Shown: positions 1-9,918 of the stretch, in pieces | Layout: the number at the start of each line of letters is the position of its first letter | How positions within the stretch are numbered: the stretch's first letter is position 1 | Source: a virus | IMG/VR virus record: IMGVR_UViG_3300042520_001372 | DNA: 64,000 nucleotides | Strand: one strand, 5' to 3' | Notes under the pieces: generated by a model | The model's database searches: none | The model's input: the letters and a program-made list of their open reading frames with translations, nothing else | Told to the model about the DNA's origin: nothing | Made by a program: the position numbers and the translations under genes

Positions 1-495
1 GTACTGAGAATCAGATTCACCGAATTCCTTACCGTAGATTTTACAGCTTGAGAATACGTGGAGTTCAGCATTTTCCGGCTTTAGTATTTCCCATGCTTTT
101 AATAATACTTCCAATCCACGCCAGGGAGTTGAGGTGTAGCATAGTTTTATTTTTTTTCGCTCTCCATGCTCTCTTGGTTTTACTCCTAAAGATGCATTTT
201 TAAAAACGTGAGTTTTGTATCCGGGTATATTATAGAGCTGTCTAAACTTCTCTGCCTGCCAGTGACTAACGAATACAAATTGATCGATTTTATTGATCCA
301 ATCCGGTTCTTTAAGAAACTGAACTGCGTCTTGATCATAAGATAGTTGATTCCAGTAGATGGTCGGTTTATTAAAATCGGCGTAGGGTAAGTAATTAAAT
401 ATTGAAAATTCTTCCTGGTAATTCATAGGAAGTCTTCTCATTAATTCATCAAACATTAATTCCGTCCCACCTTTCGGTTTATCAAACGTATCCAT
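1..495 (-). CDS. Glycosyltransferase (GT-B/GT4-like), 3'-truncated by window edge
   Basis: Not in the ORF track. Read by hand from ATG at 495: MDTFDKPKGGTELMF...FVFVSHWQ...YTSTPWRGLEVLLKAWE..., open to position 1. The GGTE, VSxWQ and YTSxPxRGL motifs are typical of phage GT4-like enzymes. Confidence 0.8.
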   Translation of the reverse strand, partial: MDTFDKPKGGTELMFDELMRRLPMNYQEEFSIFNYLPYADFNKPTIYWNQLSYDQDAVQFLKEPDWINKIDQFVFVSHWQAEKFRQLYNIPGYKTHVFKNASLGVKPREHGERKKIKLCYTSTPWRGLEVLLKAWEILKPENAELHVFSSCKIYGKEFGESDSQY

Positions 496-1138
496 TCTTT
501 GCTATAAACTTTTTAAAGTCTCCTTTAAATTTTTTAATGCCAATGTGATTGCAGGTAATTGTAGGATCTAACCATACTTTATATCCTAATGCTTTCCATT
601 TATTACATAACACGTAATCTTCTGAGATTAGGTCTCCGTTCTCAACTTTAATATCGAATACCATTCGGTGCTTTTCTCCTTCGGAAGTATATTCATCGCT
701 TATCTCCCAAAGTTTATCAAAAGCAAACTTAGAAACTTTCATAAACCCTGTTCCTACTCCGTCTACTTCTAGTAATTTTTTATCCTCAGAGCGTTTAAGT
801 TTCTTGTCTAGAAGTTTTACTGTGTATCCTTCTTTCTCAGTCTTTTTAATCAAAGCACCGCCAACAATCGGTTCGGGTCTTTCTAGTAAATTAAAAAACC
901 ATTCTGGTTCCCATTCAGTATCTGAATCTATGAAGAATAAATCGTCATACTGTCCATCAATAGCTAGTTTGATCAAGCTGTTTCTTGCTCTTTGAACTAA
1001 GGAATCATAACTTGTATAGATGGCATGTACAAAAATACCCTTTTTTTCAGCTATTTTAACAGTCTCTATTAAACTGTTTGCAAACCAAACATCAATTCTT
1101 CCATCGTAAGAAGGGGTTCCGATTAAAACTCTACGCAT
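482..1138 (-). CDS. Glycosyltransferase (GT-A/GT2-like)
   Basis: VLIGTPSY start, ARN, DLFFIDSD (DxD), GTGFM, SEDY, terminal H.G motif. Confidence 0.75.
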   Translation of the reverse strand: MRRVLIGTPSYDGRIDVWFANSLIETVKIAEKKGIFVHAIYTSYDSLVQRARNSLIKLAIDGQYDDLFFIDSDTEWEPEWFFNLLERPEPIVGGALIKKTEKEGYTVKLLDKKLKRSEDKKLLEVDGVGTGFMKVSKFAFDKLWEISDEYTSEGEKHRMVFDIKVENGDLISEDYVLCNKWKALGYKVWLDPTITCNHIGIKKFKGDFKKFIAKNGYV

Positions 1139-1142
1139 GATG

Positions 1143-1174
1143 TTAATATAATGAATTTATTTTAAAAAACCAAA
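1143..1174 (-). promoter_or_regulatory. Bacteroidota-type host-RNAP promoter (TTTG-N20-TATATTAA), 4 nt upstream of the ATG
   Basis: Resembles the -33 TTTG / -7 TAnnTTTG architecture; the same 20-nt spacer recurs at six other sites. Confidence 0.65.
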
Positions 1175-1180
1175 TTATCC

Positions 1181-1861
1181 TTAATTGACTGTTACATCAA
1201 AATATAAACCTGTAAGTCCTAAATAAGATGCTACATCTGCTGTTCCAAATGTGGTTGAAGTAAATGTAGTTCCACCTGAACCAGCTGCTACTCCTTGTCC
1301 TGCGAAGAAAACAATTCCATTTATAGATAAATTTGCAGTACCTCCGGCAAATGAAGGAAAAGCTCCAGAAACTGTTACTTTCCAATAACCCCTAAATATA
1401 ATAGGATCATTTGTTTGACTTACAGCACTAGGTCCATAAGTACCAGGGGCCATAGCCATACCACCACCATTTAAATATTGATATGAAAATGAAGAATCCC
1501 ATAACTCAACATTCACGTTAACAGCATTATCTACTGGTGGAGGTGGAAACGGTGGTGGGTTTGTTTTATTATTTGTTACATTTAAAGTTACCTGAAACGT
1601 AGAATTATCGTAAAAATAAGTTAATCCGTCAAAATCACCTACAGCAATATTTGTAGTTTTAGCTGATGTTCCATAAATTCTGTTTGCTCCTGATACTTCG
1701 CCTTGACCCCAGTTATTGTCTGGTACGGAGTTTGAACCATTTGGACCAGCAAAATATGAAAAGAAGCTCATACTGTTTAAAGTAAGCAAACCAGAACTAT
1801 AAGCCCCATTTGCCTCACTCCAAATATCACTAAATTTTACGTTTGTGGTAGGTACGGTCAT
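1181..1861 (-). CDS. Putative fibre-tip/adhesin protein
   Basis: Directly coupled to the S74-chaperone fibre gene; N-terminal VKFSDIWSE...GDFDG segment; Gly/Ser/aromatic-rich beta composition. Confidence 0.45.
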   Translation of the reverse strand: MTVPTTNVKFSDIWSEANGAYSSGLLTLNSMSFFSYFAGPNGSNSVPDNNWGQGEVSGANRIYGTSAKTTNIAVGDFDGLTYFYDNSTFQVTLNVTNNKTNPPPFPPPPVDNAVNVNVELWDSSFSYQYLNGGGMAMAPGTYGPSAVSQTNDPIIFRGYWKVTVSGAFPSFAGGTANLSINGIVFFAGQGVAAGSGGTTFTSTTFGTADVASYLGLTGLYFDVTVN

Positions 1862-4800
1862 TATTTACTTTTTAGTTCTTGTAGTTCTTTATCTAGTTCT
1901 TTAATTGCCTCAATCAATAGAGCTACTAAGTTAGGATAAGCAACGTTTAAGGTACCGTCTGGGTTTTTAGTAATTACTTCAGGTAATACTTTTTGTATTT
2001 CTTGGGCTATAACACCTGCTCGTCTAGTAGTATCTTCAGAATCAGAACGAACATAAGTGTATCCGTTAATTTCTTTAACTTTTTCTAAAGCATTTTCTAT
2101 AACTTGTAATTCTGTTTTAACAGATTCATCTGAGAAAGCAGCTATATCATTAGTAGCATAAATTGAAATACCTCCTGATGAACCAGATACATGTAGAGGA
2201 TATATAGGGGCTGTAAATCCGGGTCCTACACCTACAAATCCTGTTGAACCGGTAACAAACATTCTTATGTTACCTGCTCCGTCTGATATAAAGATGTTTT
2301 TATTCTCTGCAGCAAATCCTGTGGCTGTGGCTGAACCTAGGATTACGTTACAAGCTCCTGAAGTAATACATATACCTGCATTAAGGCCGATAGCTGTATT
2401 ATTAGAGGCTGTGTTATTTCTTAAAGCACACCTGCCTACTGCGGTATTATTAATTCCTGTAACATTATAATCTAATGCTAAAGATCCTAAAGCCGTATTA
2501 TCACATCCTGTTGTATTAGATCTTAAAGCATTAACACCTAAAGCTGTATTATTTGTACCACCGTTATTGGCCTGTAAAGCAATATATCCAACGGCTGTAT
2601 TGTTTGAGGAAGATGTGTTAGCACATAAAGCACTAGTACCAATAGCTACGTTTCTAACAGCAAAGGTATTGTTTACTAAAGCATTATTACCTACAGCTAC
2701 GTTATTTGTACCTGTTGTATTATTTCTTAAAGCATAAAAACCTACGGCTGTGTTGCTACTTGCTGTATTAAAACGTAATGCAAGAAAACCTAATGCCGTG
2801 TTATTATTACCTGTTGTATTAGCGACTAATGAAGCATATCCTAAACTTGAATTACCTGTTCCTGTTGTATTACATCTTAATGCATTGAAGCCTACTGCTG
2901 TATTGTTTGAGGCTGTGTTGGCGAATAAAGAATAGAAACCTAATGAAGTGTTATTTGAACCTCCACCACTACATCTTTGTGAATCATATCCTACAGCTAC
3001 GTTATAATTTCCTGTTATGTTACCGTAAAGTGCCGTTCTACCTAATCCAACATTTTTTGTACCTGAGGTATTATTTCTCATTGCTAAGAAACCTACTGCT
3101 GTATTGTTTGAGGCTGTGTTAGAATAAAGAGCTGATGTACCTAATGCTATGTTATTTTCTCCTGATATGTTTAATCTAAGTGCTCCAACTCCTACAGCTG
3201 TATTGTTTCCTCCTGTTGTATTTAGACATAATGCTCTTACTCCAAAAGCTGTATTTCCATTAGCTGTTGTATTACTAGCTAAAGCTCTATAGCCAAAAGC
3301 TGAATTATTTACACCTGTTGTGTTTGAAAGTAATGCGAAGTTACCAACAGATGTGTTTTGTTCACCTGATGTGTTTGCTAGTAATGAACAAATACCAACC
3401 GATGTATTGTTGGTTCCTGTTGTATTACTTCTTAATGCACAGAAACCAACTGCTGTGTTGTTTGAGGCTGTGTTACAGCGAAGAGCTTCAGCACCTAAAG
3501 CTGTGTTATTACAGGAAGTTGAGTTTGTACATAAAGCAAGATTTCCTACTGCTGTATTATTGTTTCCTTGTCCTCCAAGGAGAGCTACTGAACCAACAGC
3601 AGTATTTCCTGTTCCTGTTATATTAAATCCTAAAGTAAAATTACCAACTGCTGTGTTACTAGCCCCAGTTGTATTATCTCTTAATGCTATTCTGCCTATA
3701 GCAACATTATATCCTCCAGTAGTATTACTTGATAAGGCACACTGTCCTAAAGCTGTATTATAACACCCTGTTGTATTGTTTTGTAAGGCACTATTACCAA
3801 CTGCTGTATTATTTGATGCTGTATTACCAAATAAAGCATTTGTACCTATACCAACATTGTTGTTACCTCCAGAATTACTAAATAAAGCATCTCTACCAAT
3901 GGCTACGTTATTTGAACCATTTATATTGCATATTAAAGCATTTGTATTTATTCCTATGTTATTTGTACCGGTAGTATTACTAAGTAAAGCAAATCTACCA
4001 AAAGCAGCATTATCACTGCTTAAATTACTTGTTAAAGCATTATATCCAACAGCTGTATTTCTAACACCTGTTATATTAGTTGATAAAGCACAGAAACCTA
4101 CCGCTGTATTACTTGCTCCTGTTGTATTATTTCTTAAGGCACAGAAGCCTACTGCTGTATTGTTTGAAGCTGTGTTTGAGCGTAAAGAATAATGACCTAC
4201 AGCAGTATTAGAAGCACCTACAGTATTACAGTACATTGAATCTCTACCAACTGATACGTTATTATTACCCGTAGTATTGTTTTTTAAAGCTTGGACACCA
4301 ACACCTACGTTACTACCACCTAGTGTATTATTTCTTAAAGACTCAAGACCTAAAGCGGTGTTTGAACTTCCTGTGGTAGTGTAACGTAAAGCAGCAAAAC
4401 CAACGGCAGTATTGTAGTTGGAGTTGATAGAACATCCTGCGTACCTACCTAGAGCTGTATTGAATCTACCTGTTGTACCTAAACGTAAAGCTTCTCTACC
4501 AACTGCCGTGTTGTTATCTCCTGTAGTATTGGCACAAAGAGCATAAAATCCAACAGCTGTGTTAGCTCCTCCTGTTGTATTATTTCTTAGAGCACTAAAG
4601 CCTACTGCTGTGTTGTTTGAGGCTGTGTTATATCCTAATGATGAACGGCCTATAGCTGTGTTATTGTTTCCGACAATATTTGAATATAGTGCACCTTGTC
4701 CTAAGGATACATTCGCACATCCTGTAGTATTGTTGGCAGATGATTTAGAACCTACAGAGGTATTATATCTCCCGGTAGTATTTAATCTCATTGAACAAAG

Positions 4801-7800
4801 TCCTAGTGAAGTATTTTCAGTTCCTGTTGTATTACATCTTAATGCATTGAAGCCTACGGCTGTATTGTTTGAGGCTGTGTTTTTATAAAGAGCTACATGT
4901 CCTATAGCAACGTTATTTATACCTACAGTATTACAGAATAAAGCCGCTGGACCAACAGCAACGTTTTGAATACCTGTAGTGTTTAACCCTAAAGAAAAAG
5001 GGCCTACAGCTATATTATCCGTACCAATTGTATTAGCACTTAATGCACTTCTACCTAAAGCAGTATTATAACTACCCGCCGTATTATTTCTTAATGTACA
5101 GAAACCGATTGCTGTATTGTTTGATGCTGTGTTTTGACGAAGTGTTTGTTCACCAATAGCTACGTTATTAGAACCAGCATTATTAGTATATAAAGCTGAA
5201 ACTCCTATCGCAACATTGTAATTACCTGAAGTATTAAATTCAAGTGCGCTATTACCCATACCAATATTTCGAATACCTATAGTATTTCTAAAAAGTGAAA
5301 AAGCACCTACACTAATATTAAGAGCACCTACGGTATTGGATTGTAAAGCACTTCTACCCACTGCTGTGTTGTATCCTCCGGTAGTGTTTGCTTGTAGAGC
5401 TAAAACACCTAAAGCTGTGTTTTGTGTTCCTGTTGTATTACTTCTTAATGCGCAGAAACCTACTGCTGTATTGTTTGATGCTGTGTTAGAAAATAAACTA
5501 TAAAAACCTAATGCAGTATTGTTAGCACCGGAAACATTTGAATACATAGATGCTCTACCAAAAGCTGAATTGTATCCACCTGTGGTGTTATTAAATAGAG
5601 TATTATCACCAAAGGCACTATTTCGTGAACCTACTGTATTTTTAGCTAGTGTAGCAAAACCTATAGAAGTATTCTGTATACCTGTTGTGTTATCTCTTAA
5701 TGATTGATTACCTACTGAAGTATTAGCAGTTCCTGTTGTATTAGCTCTTAAGGCACAAAATCCTAGTGCTGTATTATTAGTTCCTGTTGTATTATTACAT
5801 AAAGCATTAAAACCTACAGCTGTATTACCTGATACTGTATTATATCTTAAAGCATCTATACCTACAGCAGTATTAGAAGTACCTACAGTATTACTTAATA
5901 AAGAAGCCCAACCAACAGAAGTGTTACTATTTCCTGTTGTATTTACATCGAGAGCATAACTGCCAATTGCTGTATTTCTAAGACCAATTGTATTAGATTT
6001 TAGTGCTCTATATCCTAATGCGGTATTATCTATACCTGTTGTGTTTGATGTTAATGCTATATGTCCTACACCTACATTTCGAGTTCCTGTTGTATTATAT
6101 CTTAAAGCACTAGTACCTACTGCTGTATTGTTTGAGGCTTTATTGTCGCGAAGGGTAAAATGACCTACTGCTACATTATTTTCTCCAATTATGTTGCAAT
6201 ACAGTGCTGATTGACCTACAGCTACATTTCGTGCTCCAGTTGTATTATAGACAAGAGCATTAACACCTATAGCAACTAAAGACGTTCCAATTGTATTAGA
6301 AGCAGCAGCAGCATATCCTATAGCTATATTACTTGTTGCATTTGTATTACATCTTAGAGCATTAAAACCAATTGCTGTGTTGTAACTACCTACTATATTA
6401 GCCCTTAAAGCACAACTACCAATAGCTACATTTTTAGTTCCTGTTGTGTTAGTTCTTAATGCACAATAACCTACTGCTGTGTTGTTTGATGCTGAATTGC
6501 AGAATAAAGCACAAAAACCGACACCAACGTTATTACTACCACCATAGGTTAAAACACCTGTTCCAATTGCAACGTTACGATCAGCATTTGCAAATACTAA
6601 TGCTCTATAACCAAGAGCTACGTTATTAACACCGCTAATATTAGAGTACATTGCGTTATGTCCAAAAGCAACATTATTGGCACCTGAAGTGTTACATCTT
6701 ATTGTATTTACACCAATACCTACGTTTCGTGTACCCACAGTATTGGCTAATAGTGATAAAGTACCAACTGCTACGTTATATGTTCCTGTCGTATTATTTC
6801 TTAATGCACAGAAACCAACTGCTGTGTTGTTTGATGCTGTATTGTTAAATAAAGTTCTATATCCAATACCTACGTTGTTTAATCCAGCACCATTATATAC
6901 TAATGCTTGGTGACCAATAGCTACGTTTTTATTACCTGAAGAGTTGTACTGTAAAGCACCGTGTCCTACTGCTATGTTACAATCACCTACTGTACTATTT
7001 TGTAATGCTTGTGAACCAACAGCAACGTTTAAGGCTCCTGTTGTATTGCTCAATAATGCACAATTACCGACAGCTGTATTATTTGAAGATGTTGTATTAC
7101 TTCTTAATGCACAAATACCAACTGCTGTGTTATTAGTGCCTACAGTATTTAACGCTAAAGAACAATATCCAATAGATGTATTATTAACCCCTGTAGTATT
7201 TAATATTGAGGCCTTATATCCTAAAGCGGTGTTTCTTGTTCCTGTTGTATTTTGGTGTAGAGCACAAGCTCCGAGTGCGGTATTTCGTGAAGCGGTATTG
7301 TTTACAAGTGCTTGAAATCCTATACCTGTATTATATTGACCTACTGTGTTTGCGTTAAGAGCAGACACACCAACTGCTACGTTAAATGTTCCTGTTGTAT
7401 TACTTCTTAATGCATATGTTCCTAAAGCAGTGTTTTCTCCACCTGTTGTATTATATCTTAATGAAAAATATCCTACTGCTGTGTTGTTTGAAGCGGTATT
7501 AACCGCAAGTGAACTTCTACCAACAGCTGTATTGAAACTACCTACAGTATTTGTACTTAGAGCTGATGTTCCAACAGCGGTATTACCAACACCAGTAGTA
7601 TTAGATTGTAAAGTATTAGCTCCTAAAGCTGTATTTAATAAACCTGTTGTATTATTTTGTAATGCTGTTCTTCCTAAAGCGGTATTATAACTACCCGCTG
7701 TATTACTTCTTAATGCACAAAAACCTACTGCTGTGTTGTTTGATGCTGTGTTGCAGAGTAAAGCATCTCTACCTACAGCTACATTATTACTTCCTACAAC

Positions 7801-9873
7801 ATTTCCATATAAAGTCTGATATCCTATAGCAATATTATCTACACCTGTAGTATTATTACGAAGAGCGGCAACACCAAATCCAGAATTTCGTGTTCCAACT
7901 GTATTTGAACATAATGAAAATACACCTACAGATGTATTAAATGTACCTACTGTGTTATTTACTAAAGAACATGTTCCTACAGCGACATTCTGAATACCTG
8001 TTGTATTACTTCGTAATGCACAGAAACCTACTGCTGTGTTGTTTGATGCTGTGTTTTCTCGTAAAGCTTGAAATCCAACTGAGGTATTATTTGAAGCGGT
8101 GGTTTTGTAGAGAGATAGGTATCCTACAGCAACGTTATTGCTTCCTACTAAGTTATTGCCTAAAGCATTTGTACCGACGGCAGTATTAAATGTTCCTGTG
8201 GTATTACTTATTAAAGCAGCATACCCAAAAGCATCGTTGTTTGCTCCGGTTGTATTGTCTTTTAATGCTAAATCTCCTACAGCCGTGTTTCTAAAACCAG
8301 ATGTATTTGCTCGTAAAGAACAAAATCCTACTGCTGTATTTTTATCACCTACTGTATTAGTTGCTAATGCACAAAAACCTACTGCTGTAGTTCTTGTACC
8401 AGTAGTATTATTTCTTAATGCACAGAAACCAACTGCTGTGTTGTTTGATGCTGTATTTAATTGTAGGGCACAAGTACCAACTGCGGTATTGTTTGAAGCT
8501 GTATTACAAAGTAAAGCGTAAAGACCTACAGCAACGTTTTGAGCACCTACTATGTTAGCATACAAAGCTGCTCTACCTAAAGCTGTATTTAATGTACCTG
8601 TAGTATTGCTTCTTAAAGCAATATCACCTAAAGCTGTATTATTAACTCCTGTTGTATTAGCGGCTAAAGCTGTAGCACCTACTGCTGTATTTTGTTGACC
8701 AGTTGTATTAGCACATAAAGCGTTAATACCTACAGCTGTATTAAGAGTACCAATTGTATTACATGCTAAAGCACTTCTACCAATAGCTGTGTTATTTCCT
8801 CCTGTTGTATTATTTCTTAAAGCATATGTTCCTAAAGCAGTGTTTTCTCCACCTGTAGTATTACATCTTAGAGCTGAGAATCCAACTGCAACATTATTAG
8901 AAACTGCATTGACATATAAAGCTAAATGGCCTACACCTACGTTATTGTTAGCATTACCTACATTTCTTAAAGCACTTCCTCCTAAAGCAACGTTATTGCT
9001 ACCTGCTAAGACATTTCTTAATGCAGTTCTACCCATTGCTACGTTATACGTTCCTGAGGTTAGGGTATATGCTGCATGGAAACCAACTGCAGTATTGTAA
9101 CTGCCTACACTATTATAGTTAAACACCCTATTACCAACTGCTACGTTTTGGGTACCTGTTGTATTACTACATAATGCACATGAACCGACTGCTGTATTAT
9201 TTGATGCTGTATTTGAACGTAAAGCACTATCACCAATTGCAACATTACTAGAAGCACCTGTACTATTATAAGCTGCATAATAACCTACAGCTACGTTTGA
9301 ACCACCTGTTATATTAAATCTTAAAGCTGTTCTGCCTACGGCTGTATTTCTAGTACCTACTGTATTATTTAGTAAAGCTGTTCTACCTACTGCTGTATTA
9401 CTAGTTCCTGTTGTGTTACTTTCTAAAGCACTTCTTCCTATAGCTGTATTTGAAACACCAATAGTATTTGCTGCTAAAGCACTACAGCCAACTGCTGTGT
9501 TGTCTATTCCTGTTGTATTATTTAATAAAGCATTACACCCTACTCTAGTGTTACTAGCAATACTTCCTCCACCTAAACCAACACTGACACTATTTACTAA
9601 AATATCACAGCTTGCAACTTCAAATTTTGCTGAAGGTGATGATGTATTAATACCAACATTTCCTCCTGAATAGTAGATATTACCTGCCGAACCGGTCCAG
9701 ACAGAATCACCTGCATTGAGGGCATAGGAGGCCGTAGCTGCATACGATGCAGAGACTGCATTACTGATTGATCCTGAAAAAGACCCTGTAAAAGATTGTG
9801 CTGTCACTCCTCCCGATACGCGGGTAGATCCGGAGACAATAAGACCATTTTTAATTACAAATTCATTAGCCAT
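1861..9873 (-). CDS. Giant repeat fibre protein (2670 aa) with C-terminal intramolecular chaperone (peptidase S74)
   Basis: ~2400 aa of 14-aa NTAVGxxALxxNTTG repeats; C-terminal SDESVK...GVIAQEIQKVLPEVI...YPNLVALLIEAIKEL coiled coil. Confidence 0.85.
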   Translation of the reverse strand: MANEFVIKNGLIVSGSTRVSGGVTAQSFTGSFSGSISNAVSASYAATASYALNAGDSVWTGSAGNIYYSGGNVGINTSSPSAKFEVASCDILVNSVSVGLGGGSIASNTRVGCNALLNNTTGIDNTAVGCSALAANTIGVSNTAIGRSALESNTTGTSNTAVGRTALLNNTVGTRNTAVGRTALRFNITGGSNVAVGYYAAYNSTGASSNVAIGDSALRSNTASNNTAVGSCALCSNTTGTQNVAVGNRVFNYNSVGSYNTAVGFHAAYTLTSGTYNVAMGRTALRNVLAGSNNVALGGSALRNVGNANNNVGVGHLALYVNAVSNNVAVGFSALRCNTTGGENTALGTYALRNNTTGGNNTAIGRSALACNTIGTLNTAVGINALCANTTGQQNTAVGATALAANTTGVNNTALGDIALRSNTTGTLNTALGRAALYANIVGAQNVAVGLYALLCNTASNNTAVGTCALQLNTASNNTAVGFCALRNNTTGTRTTAVGFCALATNTVGDKNTAVGFCSLRANTSGFRNTAVGDLALKDNTTGANNDAFGYAALISNTTGTFNTAVGTNALGNNLVGSNNVAVGYLSLYKTTASNNTSVGFQALRENTASNNTAVGFCALRSNTTGIQNVAVGTCSLVNNTVGTFNTSVGVFSLCSNTVGTRNSGFGVAALRNNTTGVDNIAIGYQTLYGNVVGSNNVAVGRDALLCNTASNNTAVGFCALRSNTAGSYNTALGRTALQNNTTGLLNTALGANTLQSNTTGVGNTAVGTSALSTNTVGSFNTAVGRSSLAVNTASNNTAVGYFSLRYNTTGGENTALGTYALRSNTTGTFNVAVGVSALNANTVGQYNTGIGFQALVNNTASRNTALGACALHQNTTGTRNTALGYKASILNTTGVNNTSIGYCSLALNTVGTNNTAVGICALRSNTTSSNNTAVGNCALLSNTTGALNVAVGSQALQNSTVGDCNIAVGHGALQYNSSGNKNVAIGHQALVYNGAGLNNVGIGYRTLFNNTASNNTAVGFCALRNNTTGTYNVAVGTLSLLANTVGTRNVGIGVNTIRCNTSGANNVAFGHNAMYSNISGVNNVALGYRALVFANADRNVAIGTGVLTYGGSNNVGVGFCALFCNSASNNTAVGYCALRTNTTGTKNVAIGSCALRANIVGSYNTAIGFNALRCNTNATSNIAIGYAAAASNTIGTSLVAIGVNALVYNTTGARNVAVGQSALYCNIIGENNVAVGHFTLRDNKASNNTAVGTSALRYNTTGTRNVGVGHIALTSNTTGIDNTALGYRALKSNTIGLRNTAIGSYALDVNTTGNSNTSVGWASLLSNTVGTSNTAVGIDALRYNTVSGNTAVGFNALCNNTTGTNNTALGFCALRANTTGTANTSVGNQSLRDNTTGIQNTSIGFATLAKNTVGSRNSAFGDNTLFNNTTGGYNSAFGRASMYSNVSGANNTALGFYSLFSNTASNNTAVGFCALRSNTTGTQNTALGVLALQANTTGGYNTAVGRSALQSNTVGALNISVGAFSLFRNTIGIRNIGMGNSALEFNTSGNYNVAIGVSALYTNNAGSNNVAIGEQTLRQNTASNNTAIGFCTLRNNTAGSYNTALGRSALSANTIGTDNIAVGPFSLGLNTTGIQNVAVGPAALFCNTVGINNVAIGHVALYKNTASNNTAVGFNALRCNTTGTENTSLGLCSMRLNTTGRYNTSVGSKSSANNTTGCANVSLGQGALYSNIVGNNNTAIGRSSLGYNTASNNTAVGFSALRNNTTGGANTAVGFYALCANTTGDNNTAVGREALRLGTTGRFNTALGRYAGCSINSNYNTAVGFAALRYTTTGSSNTALGLESLRNNTLGGSNVGVGVQALKNNTTGNNNVSVGRDSMYCNTVGASNTAVGHYSLRSNTASNNTAVGFCALRNNTTGASNTAVGFCALSTNITGVRNTAVGYNALTSNLSSDNAAFGRFALLSNTTGTNNIGINTNALICNINGSNNVAIGRDALFSNSGGNNNVGIGTNALFGNTASNNTAVGNSALQNNTTGCYNTALGQCALSSNTTGGYNVAIGRIALRDNTTGASNTAVGNFTLGFNITGTGNTAVGSVALLGGQGNNNTAVGNLALCTNSTSCNNTALGAEALRCNTASNNTAVGFCALRSNTTGTNNTSVGICSLLANTSGEQNTSVGNFALLSNTTGVNNSAFGYRALASNTTANGNTAFGVRALCLNTTGGNNTAVGVGALRLNISGENNIALGTSALYSNTASNNTAVGFLAMRNNTSGTKNVGLGRTALYGNITGNYNVAVGYDSQRCSGGGSNNTSLGFYSLFANTASNNTAVGFNALRCNTTGTGNSSLGYASLVANTTGNNNTALGFLALRFNTASSNTAVGFYALRNNTTGTNNVAVGNNALVNNTFAVRNVAIGTSALCANTSSSNNTAVGYIALQANNGGTNNTALGVNALRSNTTGCDNTALGSLALDYNVTGINNTAVGRCALRNNTASNNTAIGLNAGICITSGACNVILGSATATGFAAENKNIFISDGAGNIRMFVTGSTGFVGVGPGFTAPIYPLHVSGSSGGISIYATNDIAAFSDESVKTELQVIENALEKVKEINGYTYVRSDSEDTTRRAGVIAQEIQKVLPEVITKNPDGTLNVAYPNLVALLIEAIKELDKELQELKSK
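2330..9570 (-). repeat. In-frame 42-nt/14-aa tandem repeat array with interspersed 12-aa NTASNNTAVG units
   Basis: Visible directly in both protein and DNA; boundaries approximate. Confidence 0.9.
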
Positions 9874-9917
9874 AAGTATACCCGTTCACTGTCCGGGGCA
9901 GGTGTTTGTTATAAATA
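9874..9917 (-). promoter_or_regulatory. TATTTATA promoter plus hairpin leader of the fibre gene
   Basis: TATTTATA at 9910-9917; leader stem CCCG/CGGG with loop GACAGUGAA. Confidence 0.55.
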
Positions 9918-9918
9918 G

